A stretch of 33,356 nucleotides of DNA from NCBI GenBank assembly GCA_965224485.1, contig CBDCZH010000008.1, forward strand, positions 1 to 33,356. The letters are read 5' to 3'. The notes under the pieces were generated by a model. That model was given only the letters and a program-made list of their open reading frames with translations. It searched no databases and had not been told where the DNA came from. Positions 1-11,584 of the stretch are shown here, one piece after another. A program made the position numbers and the translations under genes. The number at the start of each line of letters is the position of its first letter. The first letter of the stretch is position 1. The DNA is from Arcobacteraceae bacterium (lineage in GTDB: Bacteria > Campylobacterota > Campylobacteria > Campylobacterales > Arcobacteraceae).

Positions 1-325
1 CTTTGATTTTACCAGTATAACCATCAAATTTTAAAGCATTTGCTTTAGCAATAGTTCTTTGCTCATCATTTAGACTATATTTATCAAATCCAAAATAAAT
101 AGTTTGTACATATTGGTTTTTACCATTTACTACAAAATAATTACCCTTACCTTCGCTAGTAATATCAGCAATATCAGCAGCCATTGTATTATCTTCAACT
201 TTCATATTGTTTAATGAAGCCTCTGAATTATTTGCAACATCGTTATTAACTTCCATGCTTTTTTGGCTACAACCAGTAAATAATACTGCTGCAATTAAAA
301 AAGAGTATAAACTTAAGTTTTTCAT
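1..325 (-). CDS. pal: Peptidoglycan-associated lipoprotein Pal/OmpA family (3' end runs off the window)
   Basis: Manual translation from ATG at 325: MKNLSLYSFLIAAVLFTGCSQK... with lipobox FTGC and the OmpA-like motif TIYFGFDKYSL. AAGGA SD upstream; directly downstream of tolB. Confidence 0.88.
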   Translation of the reverse strand, partial: MKNLSLYSFLIAAVLFTGCSQKSMEVNNDVANNSEASLNNMKVEDNTMAADIADITSEGKGNYFVVNGKNQYVQTIYFGFDKYSLNDEQRTIAKANALKFDGYTGKIK

Positions 326-354
326 TGTTCTTATCCTTATGCGTATTTTAGAAA

Positions 355-376
355 ATTCTACTAAAAAATAACTTAA
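355..376 (-). promoter_or_regulatory. Putative internal sigma70 promoter for pal
   Basis: Minus strand reads TTAAGTTATTTTTTAG-TAGAAT (-10 at 355-360), the TTAAG/-10 layout typical of Campylobacterota housekeeping promoters. Confidence 0.45.
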
Positions 377-397
377 TTACCCATTTAAAAAATGCTT

Positions 398-1666
398 TTA
401 CCAATCAATTGATTGTAATTTACCATTTTTTAAGGGAAAAAGAAAAGATTTGTTATAATTTACCCTAATTATTCCTAAAGAACTTTTCCCATTAAATGTT
501 TTTGTATATAAAATTGACTCACCATCACTTGAAAATTTTGGAAATTGATTTAATCCATTTGTTGTAAGTCTTTTCAAAAAATCACTTTTTGTAGAAACTA
601 AATATAGATTAAATGTTTTTTGTGCAAACTCATTATTGCTTTCTTTACTAACATAAACTACATAATTTTTATATGTACTTGCAGAGGCATTATTTCGTCC
701 GTGAAAAATCAGTCTCTCAACTCCCCTACTTCCTATTTTTTTAGAGAAAATATTTGGATATTTTAATCTATCTGAAACAAAAACAATTTTTGTGTCATTT
801 TCAACAAAATGAGCTCCTACATCAATACCTTTGTATTTAGTAAGTCTTGTTTTTATCTTTGTTCTTAAATCATATAAATAAATATCTGGTTGTCCTTGAG
901 GAGCTGCTGTTATAAGAATCTTTTTACCATCACTACTAACATCAGAAGCTACAACCATACCTTCTGACTCCATTATAGTTTCTTTTGCCCCTGTATAAAT
1001 ATTTAACTTAACAACTCTAGGATTAGCTGCACTATAAGTAGTATAATAAAATTCTTTTTGATTTTTATTAGCCCATTTAGGGAAAATATTTAAACCACCT
1101 TTTACAATAGTTTTTTGATAAGTTAAAGTATAATCAGCAATTACAATTTCTGCTTGTTTCGCACTTTTATAAATTGAAAAAATAACAAACTTATCCATCC
1201 AAGAAATACTTGGAGCATTTAGGTACTTGTTAATCAAAATAGATACCCTGTGAGCAATAAAAGGGTAGCGTTTAAAGTCATTTGAAGACAGGGTCTTATT
1301 TATTACTACAAGTCGCTTATTTACATCATATAACTTTAGTTTTAAACTCAAACCACCAAAAGCACTTTGAACTAAATCTAAATTTAAATATAAATCAACA
1401 CTATTATTTCCTAAAACCAACATATCTGGTTGTTTCTCAAAATTAGTCTTTAATTTAAAGTCTAAAACATTAAAATGTCCACTTACTTCTAAATCTTTTT
1501 TAATCATTTTAGCTATTTTATTAACTATGATTGAATTATTATTTGTACTTGCACTTGAAATAACTATACTTGGTAAATTTCTTGCTTTTTTTACTATTTC
1601 CAATTTTGCATCAACTGCAAATAAAGAGACAAATGAAAACATCAAAATAAATATTATTTTTCTCAT
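398..1666 (-). CDS. tolB: Tol-Pal system beta-propeller protein TolB
   Basis: 422 aa, signal peptide, PD40-like repeats (SSDGKKILI, VFVSDR, PKFSSDGESI); context in the tol-pal cluster. Confidence 0.92.
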   Translation of the reverse strand: MRKIIFILMFSFVSLFAVDAKLEIVKKARNLPSIVISSASTNNNSIIVNKIAKMIKKDLEVSGHFNVLDFKLKTNFEKQPDMLVLGNNSVDLYLNLDLVQSAFGGLSLKLKLYDVNKRLVVINKTLSSNDFKRYPFIAHRVSILINKYLNAPSISWMDKFVIFSIYKSAKQAEIVIADYTLTYQKTIVKGGLNIFPKWANKNQKEFYYTTYSAANPRVVKLNIYTGAKETIMESEGMVVASDVSSDGKKILITAAPQGQPDIYLYDLRTKIKTRLTKYKGIDVGAHFVENDTKIVFVSDRLKYPNIFSKKIGSRGVERLIFHGRNNASASTYKNYVVYVSKESNNEFAQKTFNLYLVSTKSDFLKRLTTNGLNQFPKFSSDGESILYTKTFNGKSSLGIIRVNYNKSFLFPLKNGKLQSIDW

Positions 1667-2424
1667 TCTAAACCTTCTGCTGTAAATTTTACTTCTAATT
1701 GCATCACTCTACCCTTATTATGTTTAGGATATGTTAATGACATTTGTTCATTCAAAAATTCTTCTAATTTATTATTAAAATTATCATTTGAGGAAGGAGA
1801 TCTAAATCTATAAGAAAAAGCACCATCTTGGCTAATCATAATTAAAACTTCTGCTGATAATTTATCAACAATTAACATGGGAACCCATCTTTGTGTTAAT
1901 AATTCATAAATTTTTGAGAAATATATATCGCTTTTATTCTTAGAATCAGCGCTTGCACTACTGCTTGTTCTTGTTTTTACAGTATCTAGAAGTTTTGAAA
2001 CTGTGATATTGTTTGTTTTTCTTTGTTTTTCAAATTTTGCTTTAAATCTACTTGTAACTATTGCTTTTTTAACATTTAAAACATCTTCTTTAACAACTTT
2101 TTCATGCTTTACTTTTACATTTGCAAAAAGAGATTTTACACTTGTTGTTGTTTTAGCTGTAATCGCTTTTGATTTTTGAACTATTTCTTGTGATTTTTTA
2201 CTATCTTTTTGATCTCTTTTATTTCTTTTATCTATTTTAGAATTATCTACAATCATAATTTCTAATTCTAAAACAGTATTTTTTGAAATTGCATCAAATT
2301 TTTGTGCTTTTTCTTCTGAAACATATAATAAAAAAAGTATGAAGAAAAATAGATATACACTTAAAGCTATTAGACCTGATAAGTAAAAATTCTTATTTTT
2401 TGAAGTATTAGTACCTATGTACAT
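1663..2424 (-). CDS. TolA/TonB C-terminal domain protein
   Basis: N-terminal TM helix, Lys-rich linker and TonB_2-like C-terminal domain; lies between tolR and tolB. Confidence 0.75.
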   Translation of the reverse strand: MYIGTNTSKNKNFYLSGLIALSVYLFFFILFLLYVSEEKAQKFDAISKNTVLELEIMIVDNSKIDKRNKRDQKDSKKSQEIVQKSKAITAKTTTSVKSLFANVKVKHEKVVKEDVLNVKKAIVTSRFKAKFEKQRKTNNITVSKLLDTVKTRTSSSASADSKNKSDIYFSKIYELLTQRWVPMLIVDKLSAEVLIMISQDGAFSYRFRSPSSNDNFNNKLEEFLNEQMSLTYPKHNKGRVMQLEVKFTAEGLE

Positions 2425-2426
2425 AT

Positions 2427-2816
2427 TTAACCATCAGTTATAAGTGAGACTTTATAAAAACCAGCTTCTTTTACTGATTTTAATACAAACATAATATCAT
2501 TGTAAATAAGTGTTTTATCTGCTCTTATATGTATAGGTGTTTCTTTATTTTTATTACGTGAAAAAAGAATAAAACTATCAGCGAAAGTCTCAATTGCATA
2601 CTTTTTCTTGCCAATTCTTATTTCTCTATTTCCAGTTATTATTATTGATATTTTTTTACTATCTTGTAATTGTCTTGACTTACTTCCTTTTGGAAGATTA
2701 ACAGACTCTTCAAACTCAATTACAGGAGCAGTAACCATTAATATTGCTAATAAAACTAACATAATATCAACTAAAGGGGTAATATTTAAATCTGGTTTTT
2801 GGTTATAATCATACAC
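2427..2816 (-). CDS. tolR: Biopolymer transporter ExbD/TolR
   Basis: NITPLVDIMLVLLAILMVTAP and IRADK motifs; GTG start. Confidence 0.88.
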   Translation of the reverse strand: MYDYNQKPDLNITPLVDIMLVLLAILMVTAPVIEFEESVNLPKGSKSRQLQDSKKISIIITGNREIRIGKKKYAIETFADSFILFSRNKNKETPIHIRADKTLIYNDIMFVLKSVKEAGFYKVSLITDG

Positions 2817-2819
2817 GTT

Positions 2820-3380
2820 TTAAGCCTTAGCTATCAAAATTTCTGATTGTGCCTTTAAATAAACATTTAGCTCATAAACTTTTCTCACAATTATTTGATG
2901 AAAAGTATAAGCAAATATTGCTACAAAAATACCAGCAGCAGTTGCAACTAATGCTTCACTAATAGCAGGAGCTATTACAGAAAAGCTTACCTTTGCTTGA
3001 GATGAAAACATGGCAAAAGATTCTAAGATACCAACAACAGTTCCAAATAAACCAACGAATGGTGAAGTTGAAGAAATAATTGATAACCATGATATACCAG
3101 TACTTGCATCTTTAATAATAGTAATTTCACAAGCGTGTAAAATAGATTTAGACTTTAAATTGTTACTACATTTACTTAAAGCAGATAAAGGACTTAATTC
3201 ACTTCCTCTAGCAGTTAAAGCATTTAATGAGTTTTCTTCAGTAGCAATAAAAGAACTTAAATAGAGATATTTATATATAAATATCCAAAAAACTGTGATT
3301 AGATAAATAGACAGTAAAGCTAATACAAAAATTGTAATAGCTCCACTGTTATTAAAATAATTTAATATAGAATCAATCAT
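2820..3380 (-). CDS. tolQ: MotA/TolQ/ExbB proton channel protein
   Basis: SPFVGLFGTVVGI and APAISEALVATAAG motifs. Confidence 0.88.
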   Translation of the reverse strand: MIDSILNYFNNSGAITIFVLALLSIYLITVFWIFIYKYLYLSSFIATEENSLNALTARGSELSPLSALSKCSNNLKSKSILHACEITIIKDASTGISWLSIISSTSPFVGLFGTVVGILESFAMFSSQAKVSFSVIAPAISEALVATAAGIFVAIFAYTFHQIIVRKVYELNVYLKAQSEILIAKA

Positions 3381-3385
3381 TAAAC

Positions 3386-3763
3386 TTACGCAAATGAGTT
3401 GATTTTAGCTTCAACTGCAGCAATTGAAACATTTGCATCAGATACTGAAGCAACTAAAGTTTTAGCAGCTTCAATAGCTTTAGAAATATCTGAGTCTCCG
3501 CCTTGTGTTAAAGAAACAGCACCATCAGCTAAAACATCAACTGAAGTTTCTGAAACTTTCACATGACCCCAGTTAATAGCAACTGCTTGCATTGAATTTT
3601 CTTGTTCAATCATAATTACACCAACTGTAAGTGAAGATACTAATGAGGCATGCCCAGGTAGTACTCCAAACTCTCCCTCTTTTCCAGGAAGAGTTACAGT
3701 TTTAACGTCACCGTTAAAAATTGAACCATTTGGTGTAACTATTGATAATTTAATTGTATCCAT
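3386..3763 (-). CDS. atpC: ATP synthase F1 epsilon subunit
   Basis: LSIVTPNG and GEFGVLPGH motifs; last gene of the atp operon. Confidence 0.95.
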   Translation of the reverse strand: MDTIKLSIVTPNGSIFNGDVKTVTLPGKEGEFGVLPGHASLVSSLTVGVIMIEQENSMQAVAINWGHVKVSETSVDVLADGAVSLTQGGDSDISKAIEAAKTLVASVSDANVSIAAVEAKINSFA

Positions 3764-3780
3764 AATTTATGCCTTAATGG

Positions 3781-5177
<1,397 letters not shown>

Positions 5178-5195
5178 ACGGGCAGCTCCTTTATA

Positions 5196-6088
5196 TTATT
5201 TTAATGATTCTACACCAGAGATAATTTCTATTAACTCTGTTGTAATTGCAGCTTGTCTAGCTTTGTTATATTCAATTGTTAAAGAATCAACTTTTTCTTT
5301 AGCATTGTTTAGTAGCTGCTTCCATAGCTTGCATACGCGCACTATGTTCTGCAGCTAATGAGTCTATTAAAGCGTAATACATATTGAAATCAATATATTT
5401 ACCTGTTAATTCATTTAACACTTCTTCATCATCATCTGGTTCAATATCTAACATTGAAGTTTCGTTATCACTAGCTTCTACATTTTCCAAAGAAATTGGT
5501 AATAACTCTCTGATTTCATAATTTTCTTGCGTTAGCATGTTTAAAAATCCATTATAAATTAATATAACTTTATCAGTTTTACCAGTACTAAAATCTTCAA
5601 CAACATCTTTTATAAAATCAGCCGCTTTTTCATAATCAGGAGCAGCAGAAAGTGTAGATATTTTTTGTAATAAATCTTGTTTTTGGAAACTTAAAGTAAT
5701 CAACACCTTTTCTTCCAGAAACTCTAAGTCTTACATTAATACCCTTAGTTTCAAACTCTTCCATCATTTTCATAACAGCTTTAATTGTTGCCATATTAAA
5801 ACCACCACAAAGACCTTTATCAGCAGTAACGAAAACAATATCTACTGTTTTAGGATTATCATTTTGAAGAAAATGCTTTAGAAGTATTTCCTTCATCTTG
5901 AACTTTGTTAACTCTTGAAGCAATTTCAGAAAGTATCTGGTTGATCTTTTTCGCATAAGATCTAGCTTGCTCAGACAATTGTCTTGTTCGTGTAAGCTTT
6001 GCAGAAGATACAACTTCATTGCATTAGTAGTTTTTTGAGTGTTTTTAACACTTCCAATTTTTATTTTAATCTCTTTTAAGTTAGCCAT
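5196..6088 (-). CDS. atpG: ATP synthase F1 gamma subunit (frameshifted in this sequence)
   Basis: MANLKEIK start, [10 protein letters not shown], and C-terminal [25 protein letters not shown] ending at 5196. Indels at about 6013 (-1), 5870-5873 (+1), about 5690 (+1) and 5308-5310 (+1). Confidence 0.92.
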
Positions 6089-6097
6089 AGACTATCC

Positions 6098-7613
6098 TTA
6101 TTTAGCACTAAATACAGTCTTTGAACTCTTCTAATGCTGATTTTAATGCTGTTTCAGTATCATCATCTAATTTTTTCTTAGATTTAATATCTTCTAAGAT
6201 ATTTGAATACTTTTGCTCAATAAATGTATGTAATTCACCTTCGTATCTTACAACATCAGCAACAGCAACATCTTCCAAGTAACCTTTTGTACCAGCATAA
6301 ATGATACAAATTTGTTTCTCAATTACTAAAGGAGCGTTAACACCTTGTTTAAGAACTTCAACCATTCTTTGACCTAATTCTAATTCTTTTCTTGTATTTT
6401 CATCAAGATCAGATGCGAATTGTGCAAATGCTTCTAATTCTCTAAATTGAGCAAGTGATAGTTTTAACGTACCAGCAACTTGTTTAGTAGCTTTAATTTG
6501 TGCAGCTCCACCAACTCTTGATACAGAAAGTCCAACATTAATAGCTGGTCTAATACCTGAGTTAAATAAACTTGTTTCTAAGGAAGATTTGACCATCTGT
6601 AATAGAAATAACATTTGTTGGAATATAAGCAGCAACATCACCAGCTTGAGTTTCAATAATTGGTAATGCAGTCATAGAACCACCACCAGAATCATTAAGC
6701 TTAGCAGCTCTTTCAAGTAATCTTGAGTGAAGATAAAATACATCACCTGGGAATGCTTCTCGACCCGGAGGGTCTTAATAATAAGTGACATTTCTCTATA
6801 AGCAACCGCATGTTTAGTTAAATCATCATAAACAATTAAAACATGCTTACCATTATCTCTAAAATACTCACCAATTGTAACAGCTGTATAAGGACTTAAG
6901 AATTGTAATGCAGCTGAATCAGATGCACTAGCATTTACAATAATAGTATATTCCATTGCTCCTGCTTCTTCTAATGTTCTTACAACAGATGCAACAGTTG
7001 AAGATTTTTGACCAATTGCAACATAAATACAAATAACATCTTGACCTTTTTGATTAAGAATTGTATCAATAGCAATAGTTGTTTTACCAGTTTGTCTATC
7101 ACCAATAATAAGCTCTCTTTGACCTCGTCCAATAGGAACAAGTGCATCAATTGCTTTAATACCAGTTTGTAATGGTTCATGAACTGATTTTCTAGCCATG
7201 ATTCCAGGTGCTTTTTCTTCAACTACTCTGTGTTCAGCTGCTTCAATAACACCTTTACCATCAATTGGTTCACCTAATGCATTTACAACTCTTCCAATCA
7301 TAGCTTCACCAACTGGTGTTTCTAAGATTTTTCCAAGTCTTTTACAAGAAGTACCTTCTCTAAGACCAGTACCCTTACCAAGTACAACAATACCAACTGA
7401 AGACTCTTCTAAGTTTGAAGCAAGACCTTTTTCGCCATTTTCAAACTCAACGATTTCACCAGCCATAACATTCTTAAGACCGTATACTTGTGCAATACCA
7501 TCTGCATAAGAGATGATTTTACCTGTTTCATTTACGTCTACATTTAATTCAAAATTATCAATTCGCTCTTTTATAATAGAACTGATTTCATCTGCTTGAA
7601 TTTTTGAACCCAT
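6098..7613 (-). CDS. atpA: ATP synthase F1 alpha subunit (frameshifted in this sequence)
   Basis: GDRQTGKT Walker [25 protein letters not shown] in a shifted frame, and [17 protein letters not shown]. Indels at about 6770-6782 (-1), 6582-6583 (+1) and 6120-6122 (+1); corrected end FKTVFSAK* at 6098. Confidence 0.93.
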
Positions 7614-7634
7614 TCAAATTCTCCTTTATAGTTT

Positions 7635-8165
7635 CTAAACTGCTTTTAAAATATGGTCAATCATTTGTGATTTTAGTCTTTCTTTAGAAAAACTAATTTC
7701 AACACCTAATCCATCGATATCAACTTTGATACCATCATAATCACATACATTTTGTGTTAATTCTAAATTAACATTAAATTTTTTACTAAATTGTTCCGCT
7801 ATGCTAGTGATATAATCACTTGATAGTTCATTGTTTGTATATACAATACCCATGTAACTATTTTGTATAGCTGACATTTGTTTTTGTAATTCACTTACAA
7901 TAAAAGGAATAATATCTAATCTTTTTTTACTACCAAGTAGTTTAATTAAATTCTTTAAAGTATCACTACAGTTATCTATTAAAGAAATAACAAGCTCAAC
8001 TTTTTTAGAGTTTTTAACTTCAACTGAAGAGATAATATTTAGAAACTTTTCATCTGCATATACAGCTGAAAGTTCTTTTAATTCATTAAAAATCAAAGAA
8101 GTAGCTTTCGCATCTTTCCCCTCAATTAACGCTTTAACATATCTTTTTGCAACTAAATCATTCAT
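7635..8165 (-). CDS. atpH: ATP synthase F1 delta subunit
   Basis: VAKRYVKAL N-terminal motif; position between atpF and atpA. Confidence 0.92.
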   Translation of the reverse strand: MNDLVAKRYVKALIEGKDAKATSLIFNELKELSAVYADEKFLNIISSVEVKNSKKVELVISLIDNCSDTLKNLIKLLGSKKRLDIIPFIVSELQKQMSAIQNSYMGIVYTNNELSSDYITSIAEQFSKKFNVNLELTQNVCDYDGIKVDIDGLGVEISFSKERLKSQMIDHILKAV

Positions 8166-8681
8166 CTATGCCACCTTCTTTAGAACAATATTTGCTAATT
8201 CTTCTTGAGAAAGAGCTATATTTTCAGATTTCAGTAACTCGTTGAGTATTTCAGAAACAACTTCTTTTTTTGCTTTTCTAGTTTCAACTTCGATTTTAGC
8301 ATCAAAGTTTTTACCTAAATTAACAATATCATTATCAACTGTTTCTTCAATTTTAGCTTTAACAGAAGAAATATCTGCCTTAGCATCTTGAACAATTTCA
8401 ATTGATATTTTTTTTGCTTCATCTAAAGAGGCAGCTGCATTATCAACTTTATCTTTTGAAGCTTTTAAAGTATCTTGTACTTTGTCAAGTTCAGCTTGAA
8501 TATCTAAGCTTCTTTGAGCAAAGAATGCTTTAATTTTATCAGCAAGTAAATACCATAAAATACCAGCAAAAATTATAAAGTTTACGGTTCTTTGAATAAT
8601 ATCAGTTTCCGCACCATCGCTGTTAGCAAACAATGCTAAAGGAGATAAAGTTAATCCAAGTAATAATAATTTTTTCACCAT
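8166..8681 (-). CDS. atpF: ATP synthase F0 subunit b
   Basis: TDIIQRTVNFIIFAGILWYLL TM segment followed by a coiled coil. Confidence 0.9.
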   Translation of the reverse strand: MVKKLLLLGLTLSPLALFANSDGAETDIIQRTVNFIIFAGILWYLLADKIKAFFAQRSLDIQAELDKVQDTLKASKDKVDNAAASLDEAKKISIEIVQDAKADISSVKAKIEETVDNDIVNLGKNFDAKIEVETRKAKKEVVSEILNELLKSENIALSQEELANIVLKKVA

Positions 8682-8687
8682 CTCTCC

Positions 8688-9110
8688 TTATATTGAGCTA
8701 AGCTTAGCTTTTAGGCTCTCAGTAAACTGAGGCATAGAAGCATTTAATGATTTTTTCAACTCAACAATTTCTTCATCTAACTCTTTTGTAAAATTAGAAT
8801 ATTTATTTTCAATATCTAATTTTGCAGTAGTTAATTTAGAATTCGCAAGCTCTAAAGCTTCATTTTGTGCTTTTTCTCTAATTGCAGCAGCTTCTTTTTT
8901 TGCATTTGCAATTACATCGTTCGCTTCAGACAACATACCATCTACATCAGCAGTGTTTGATTTTGCATTCTCTAAATCAGTTTTAATTGACTCAGTTCTA
9001 TCATCCATATGCTTAAGTAAAGGCTTAAATAGACAAGTGTTTAGTCTGGCAAGCACTAGTAAAAAGATAATACCAGAACTAAGCATCAATACAGGACTTA
9101 TGTCTAACAT
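8688..9110 (-). CDS. atpF': ATP synthase F0 subunit b'
   Basis: N-terminal TM and LFKPLLKHMDDR motif; strong GGAGG SD; first gene of the atp operon. Confidence 0.88.
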   Translation of the reverse strand: MLDISPVLMLSSGIIFLLVLARLNTCLFKPLLKHMDDRTESIKTDLENAKSNTADVDGMLSEANDVIANAKKEAAAIREKAQNEALELANSKLTTAKLDIENKYSNFTKELDEEIVELKKSLNASMPQFTESLKAKLSSI

Positions 9111-9156
9111 TCATTCCTCCATGTTTATTACAGTTTAGTTTGACTAAAACTGATTA

Positions 9157-9162
9157 ATTTTA
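9157..9162 (-). promoter_or_regulatory. Putative -10 box (TAAAAT) of the atp operon promoter
   Basis: TAAAAT on the minus strand about 47 nt upstream of the atpF' ATG, followed by a 5'UTR hairpin (9131-9152). Confidence 0.5.
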
Positions 9163-9213
9163 TCTAAATCATCTAAAATAAGAGTTTAAATGAGGGAGGA
9201 AATTTAATATTTA

Positions 9214-10077
9214 TTATAAAGTGTTACTAAAGGTATTTGATATTTTGTCAATATCTTCTTGAGAGTTAATTTCTATCTTAAAATAGTTCTTTTCAGCTTT
9301 AACTTTTAAGTTCAAACCTTCTAGATTTTTTACTACATTTTGCAGTGGATTGAAATCAAATTTTTTATTTTTAGGCTCTTTTTTATCTTTTTTTGGTTCA
9401 TCTTTTTGTTTTAAAATTTTTACTAATTTTTCAGTTTCACGAACTGATAGTTTTTGACCAAGAACAGAATCTGCAACTTTTTTTTGATCAATGTCAGAAA
9501 GTCCTAACATTACTTTTGCATGACCAGCTGTGATTTTATCATTTGCTAAAAACTGCTGAACATAAGCACTTAATTGTAAAAGCCTTAGAGTATTTGTAAT
9601 AGAAGTTCTACTTTTAAAAACTTTTAAAGATAACTCTTCATGAGTTAAAGAGTGTTCATTTATTAGTTGTGCATAAGAATAAGATAATTCAATAATATTT
9701 AAATCATCTCTTTGAATATTTTCTATTAGAGCAACTTCTCGCAGTTGCATAGAATCTAAACTAATTATAGAAACTTTAATTTTATCAATGTTTGCTAATT
9801 TATGAGCTCTTAATCGTCTTTCACCAGCAACAACTATATAAGAGTTTTCATTTTCATCATCTCTTATTACAGTAATAGCTTGTAAAAGTCCATATTCTTT
9901 TATTGATGAAGCTAGTTCTAAAAGTTTCTTTTCATCAAAAATTTTTCTTGGTTGATTAGGATTTGCTTTTATTAAATTTACATCAACTGATGTTACATCT
10001 TTTGGGTGGTCTGTTGAGTTTTCATAAGCACTCTCAACTTCTCCTAATAATTCACTTAATCCTCTACCTAATGCCAT
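9214..10077 (-). CDS. parB: Chromosome partitioning protein ParB
   Basis: ALGRGL N-terminus, NPNQPRK, AGERRLRA and ALIENIQR motifs. Confidence 0.95.
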   Translation of the reverse strand: MALGRGLSELLGEVESAYENSTDHPKDVTSVDVNLIKANPNQPRKIFDEKKLLELASSIKEYGLLQAITVIRDDENENSYIVVAGERRLRAHKLANIDKIKVSIISLDSMQLREVALIENIQRDDLNIIELSYSYAQLINEHSLTHEELSLKVFKSRTSITNTLRLLQLSAYVQQFLANDKITAGHAKVMLGLSDIDQKKVADSVLGQKLSVRETEKLVKILKQKDEPKKDKKEPKNKKFDFNPLQNVVKNLEGLNLKVKAEKNYFKIEINSQEDIDKISNTFSNTL

Positions 10078-10080
10078 TTT

Positions 10081-10863
10081 TTATCCTGCAATCGCGCGAG
10101 CTAAGTTATTATAAGCTTTAGTACCAACTGCGCCACCATCGTAAAGCATAATTGGTTTACCAAAACTTGGACTCTCTGCTAATTTAACATTTCTTGGAAT
10201 TACTACATAAGAGTTATCATCAATTTTAAATAATTTACTCTCAAAATGTTGAGCAAGATCTGCAAATACTTGTTTTGATAAGTTATTTTGACTACTATAC
10301 ATAGTAGGTAAAAAACCTTTTATTTCAAGCTGTCTATTAATTGTTTGTTTAACTAATTTAATAGTATTTAATAGTTGTGCTAAACCTTCAAGTGCGAAAA
10401 ACTCACACTGAATAGGAATTAGAACAGAGTTTGCGGCGGAAAGTGTATTAATAGTAATTGGTCCTAAAGCTGGAGGTGAATCAATTATAATAAAATCATA
10501 ATCTTTTCTAATAGGGTCAATTTTTCTTTTTAAAACTAATTCTCTATCACTATTATTATTTTTATAGAACTCTTTTTCAATTCCAACAAGTCCAATATTT
10601 GAAGGAGCTACCTTTAAGTTCTCAATTTCAGAGTCAAGAATAATTTCATTTAATTCTTTAGTTCCTAACATAACGTGATAAATATTATACTCATAAGTAT
10701 CTCTTTGAAATCCTAAAGAAGTTGTCGCATTTGCTTGAGGATCAGCATCAATTAGAAGTACTCTCTTACCTTGAAGCGCAAGTGCTGCACTTAAATTAAC
10801 CGCTGTAGTAGTTTTACCCACTCCACCTTTTTGATTTGCTATTGCTATAACTTCTGTTATCAT
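10081..10863 (-). CDS. parA: Chromosome partitioning ATPase ParA/Soj
   Basis: NQKGGVGKTTT deviant Walker A, IDSPP, and IPRNVKLAESPSFG. Confidence 0.95.
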   Translation of the reverse strand: MITEVIAIANQKGGVGKTTTAVNLSAALALQGKRVLLIDADPQANATTSLGFQRDTYEYNIYHVMLGTKELNEIILDSEIENLKVAPSNIGLVGIEKEFYKNNNSDRELVLKRKIDPIRKDYDFIIIDSPPALGPITINTLSAANSVLIPIQCEFFALEGLAQLLNTIKLVKQTINRQLEIKGFLPTMYSSQNNLSKQVFADLAQHFESKLFKIDDNSYVVIPRNVKLAESPSFGKPIMLYDGGAVGTKAYNNLARAIAG

Positions 10864-11495
10864 CTTAGACTAAACACCTTTTCATTATTAATTTGTATTG
10901 ATCCATCATTATTTAATACTGCGTTTTTAAGTGAAACTTTTTTATTATCTAATGTTACATGGAATTTTTTACTTCTTTGGAATTCTATCACATATTCATT
11001 TAAAGTTTTCTGCCATGAAGAAGTATTTTTCAATTTAGCAAAATACTTATTTAATAAATCGCTTATATCTATGCTTATATCTAAAAAGCCAAAAGAAGGA
11101 CTGACTTCTTGTAAATTAAGACCAATACCACAGTAAACTAGGTCATTTGAACAAGAAGTAATAGTTCCACCTATTTTTTTATCTTCTATATAAAAATCAT
11201 TAGGCCATTTTAACCAAAGTTTTGAGCCTAAGTCTTCTAAAAGTTTTTTTAAAACAAATGAAAAATATATTGAAGTACTTTGTAATGGTAAATCTTGTGG
11301 TAAATCTTTTTTTTCTAAAACAAAAGAAAAAAACAAGTTCCCCTCTCTTCCACTCCAAGAATTACCCCTACTACCAAGTCCATTATTTTGATTTCTTGTA
11401 AGAATACAAAGAGGCGAAATATAAGAATTAGTTTTAATATAGTTTTTTAAATATGTATGGGTAGAATCTACTTCTTTTAAATTAATTATTTTCAT
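10860..11495 (-). CDS. birA: Biotin--[acetyl-CoA-carboxylase] ligase (group I, no HTH)
   Basis: DSTH, QNNGLGSRGNSW, KWPND, KKIGG and GIGLN motifs. Confidence 0.92.
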   Translation of the reverse strand: MKIINLKEVDSTHTYLKNYIKTNSYISPLCILTRNQNNGLGSRGNSWSGREGNLFFSFVLEKKDLPQDLPLQSTSIYFSFVLKKLLEDLGSKLWLKWPNDFYIEDKKIGGTITSCSNDLVYCGIGLNLQEVSPSFGFLDISIDISDLLNKYFAKLKNTSSWQKTLNEYVIEFQRSKKFHVTLDNKKVSLKNAVLNNDGSIQINNEKVFSLR

Positions 11496-11506
11496 AAATT
11501 ATTATA
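11496..11506 (-). promoter_or_regulatory. -10 box for a leaderless birA-parA-parB transcript
   Basis: TATAAT (11501-11506) is 5 nt from the ATG at 11495; no SD. Confidence 0.5.
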
Positions 11507-11584
11507 CTAAAATTGATATTAATATAAATTATATATAAGCTCATCTATAATATTAAAACTCTTAATTAAATAAAAGGATATTCT

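Noticed and set aside
9431..9447. parS-like sequence GTTTCACG inside parB
   Set aside because: Only a half-site of TGTTTCACGTGAAACA; explained by the conserved SVRETE codons.
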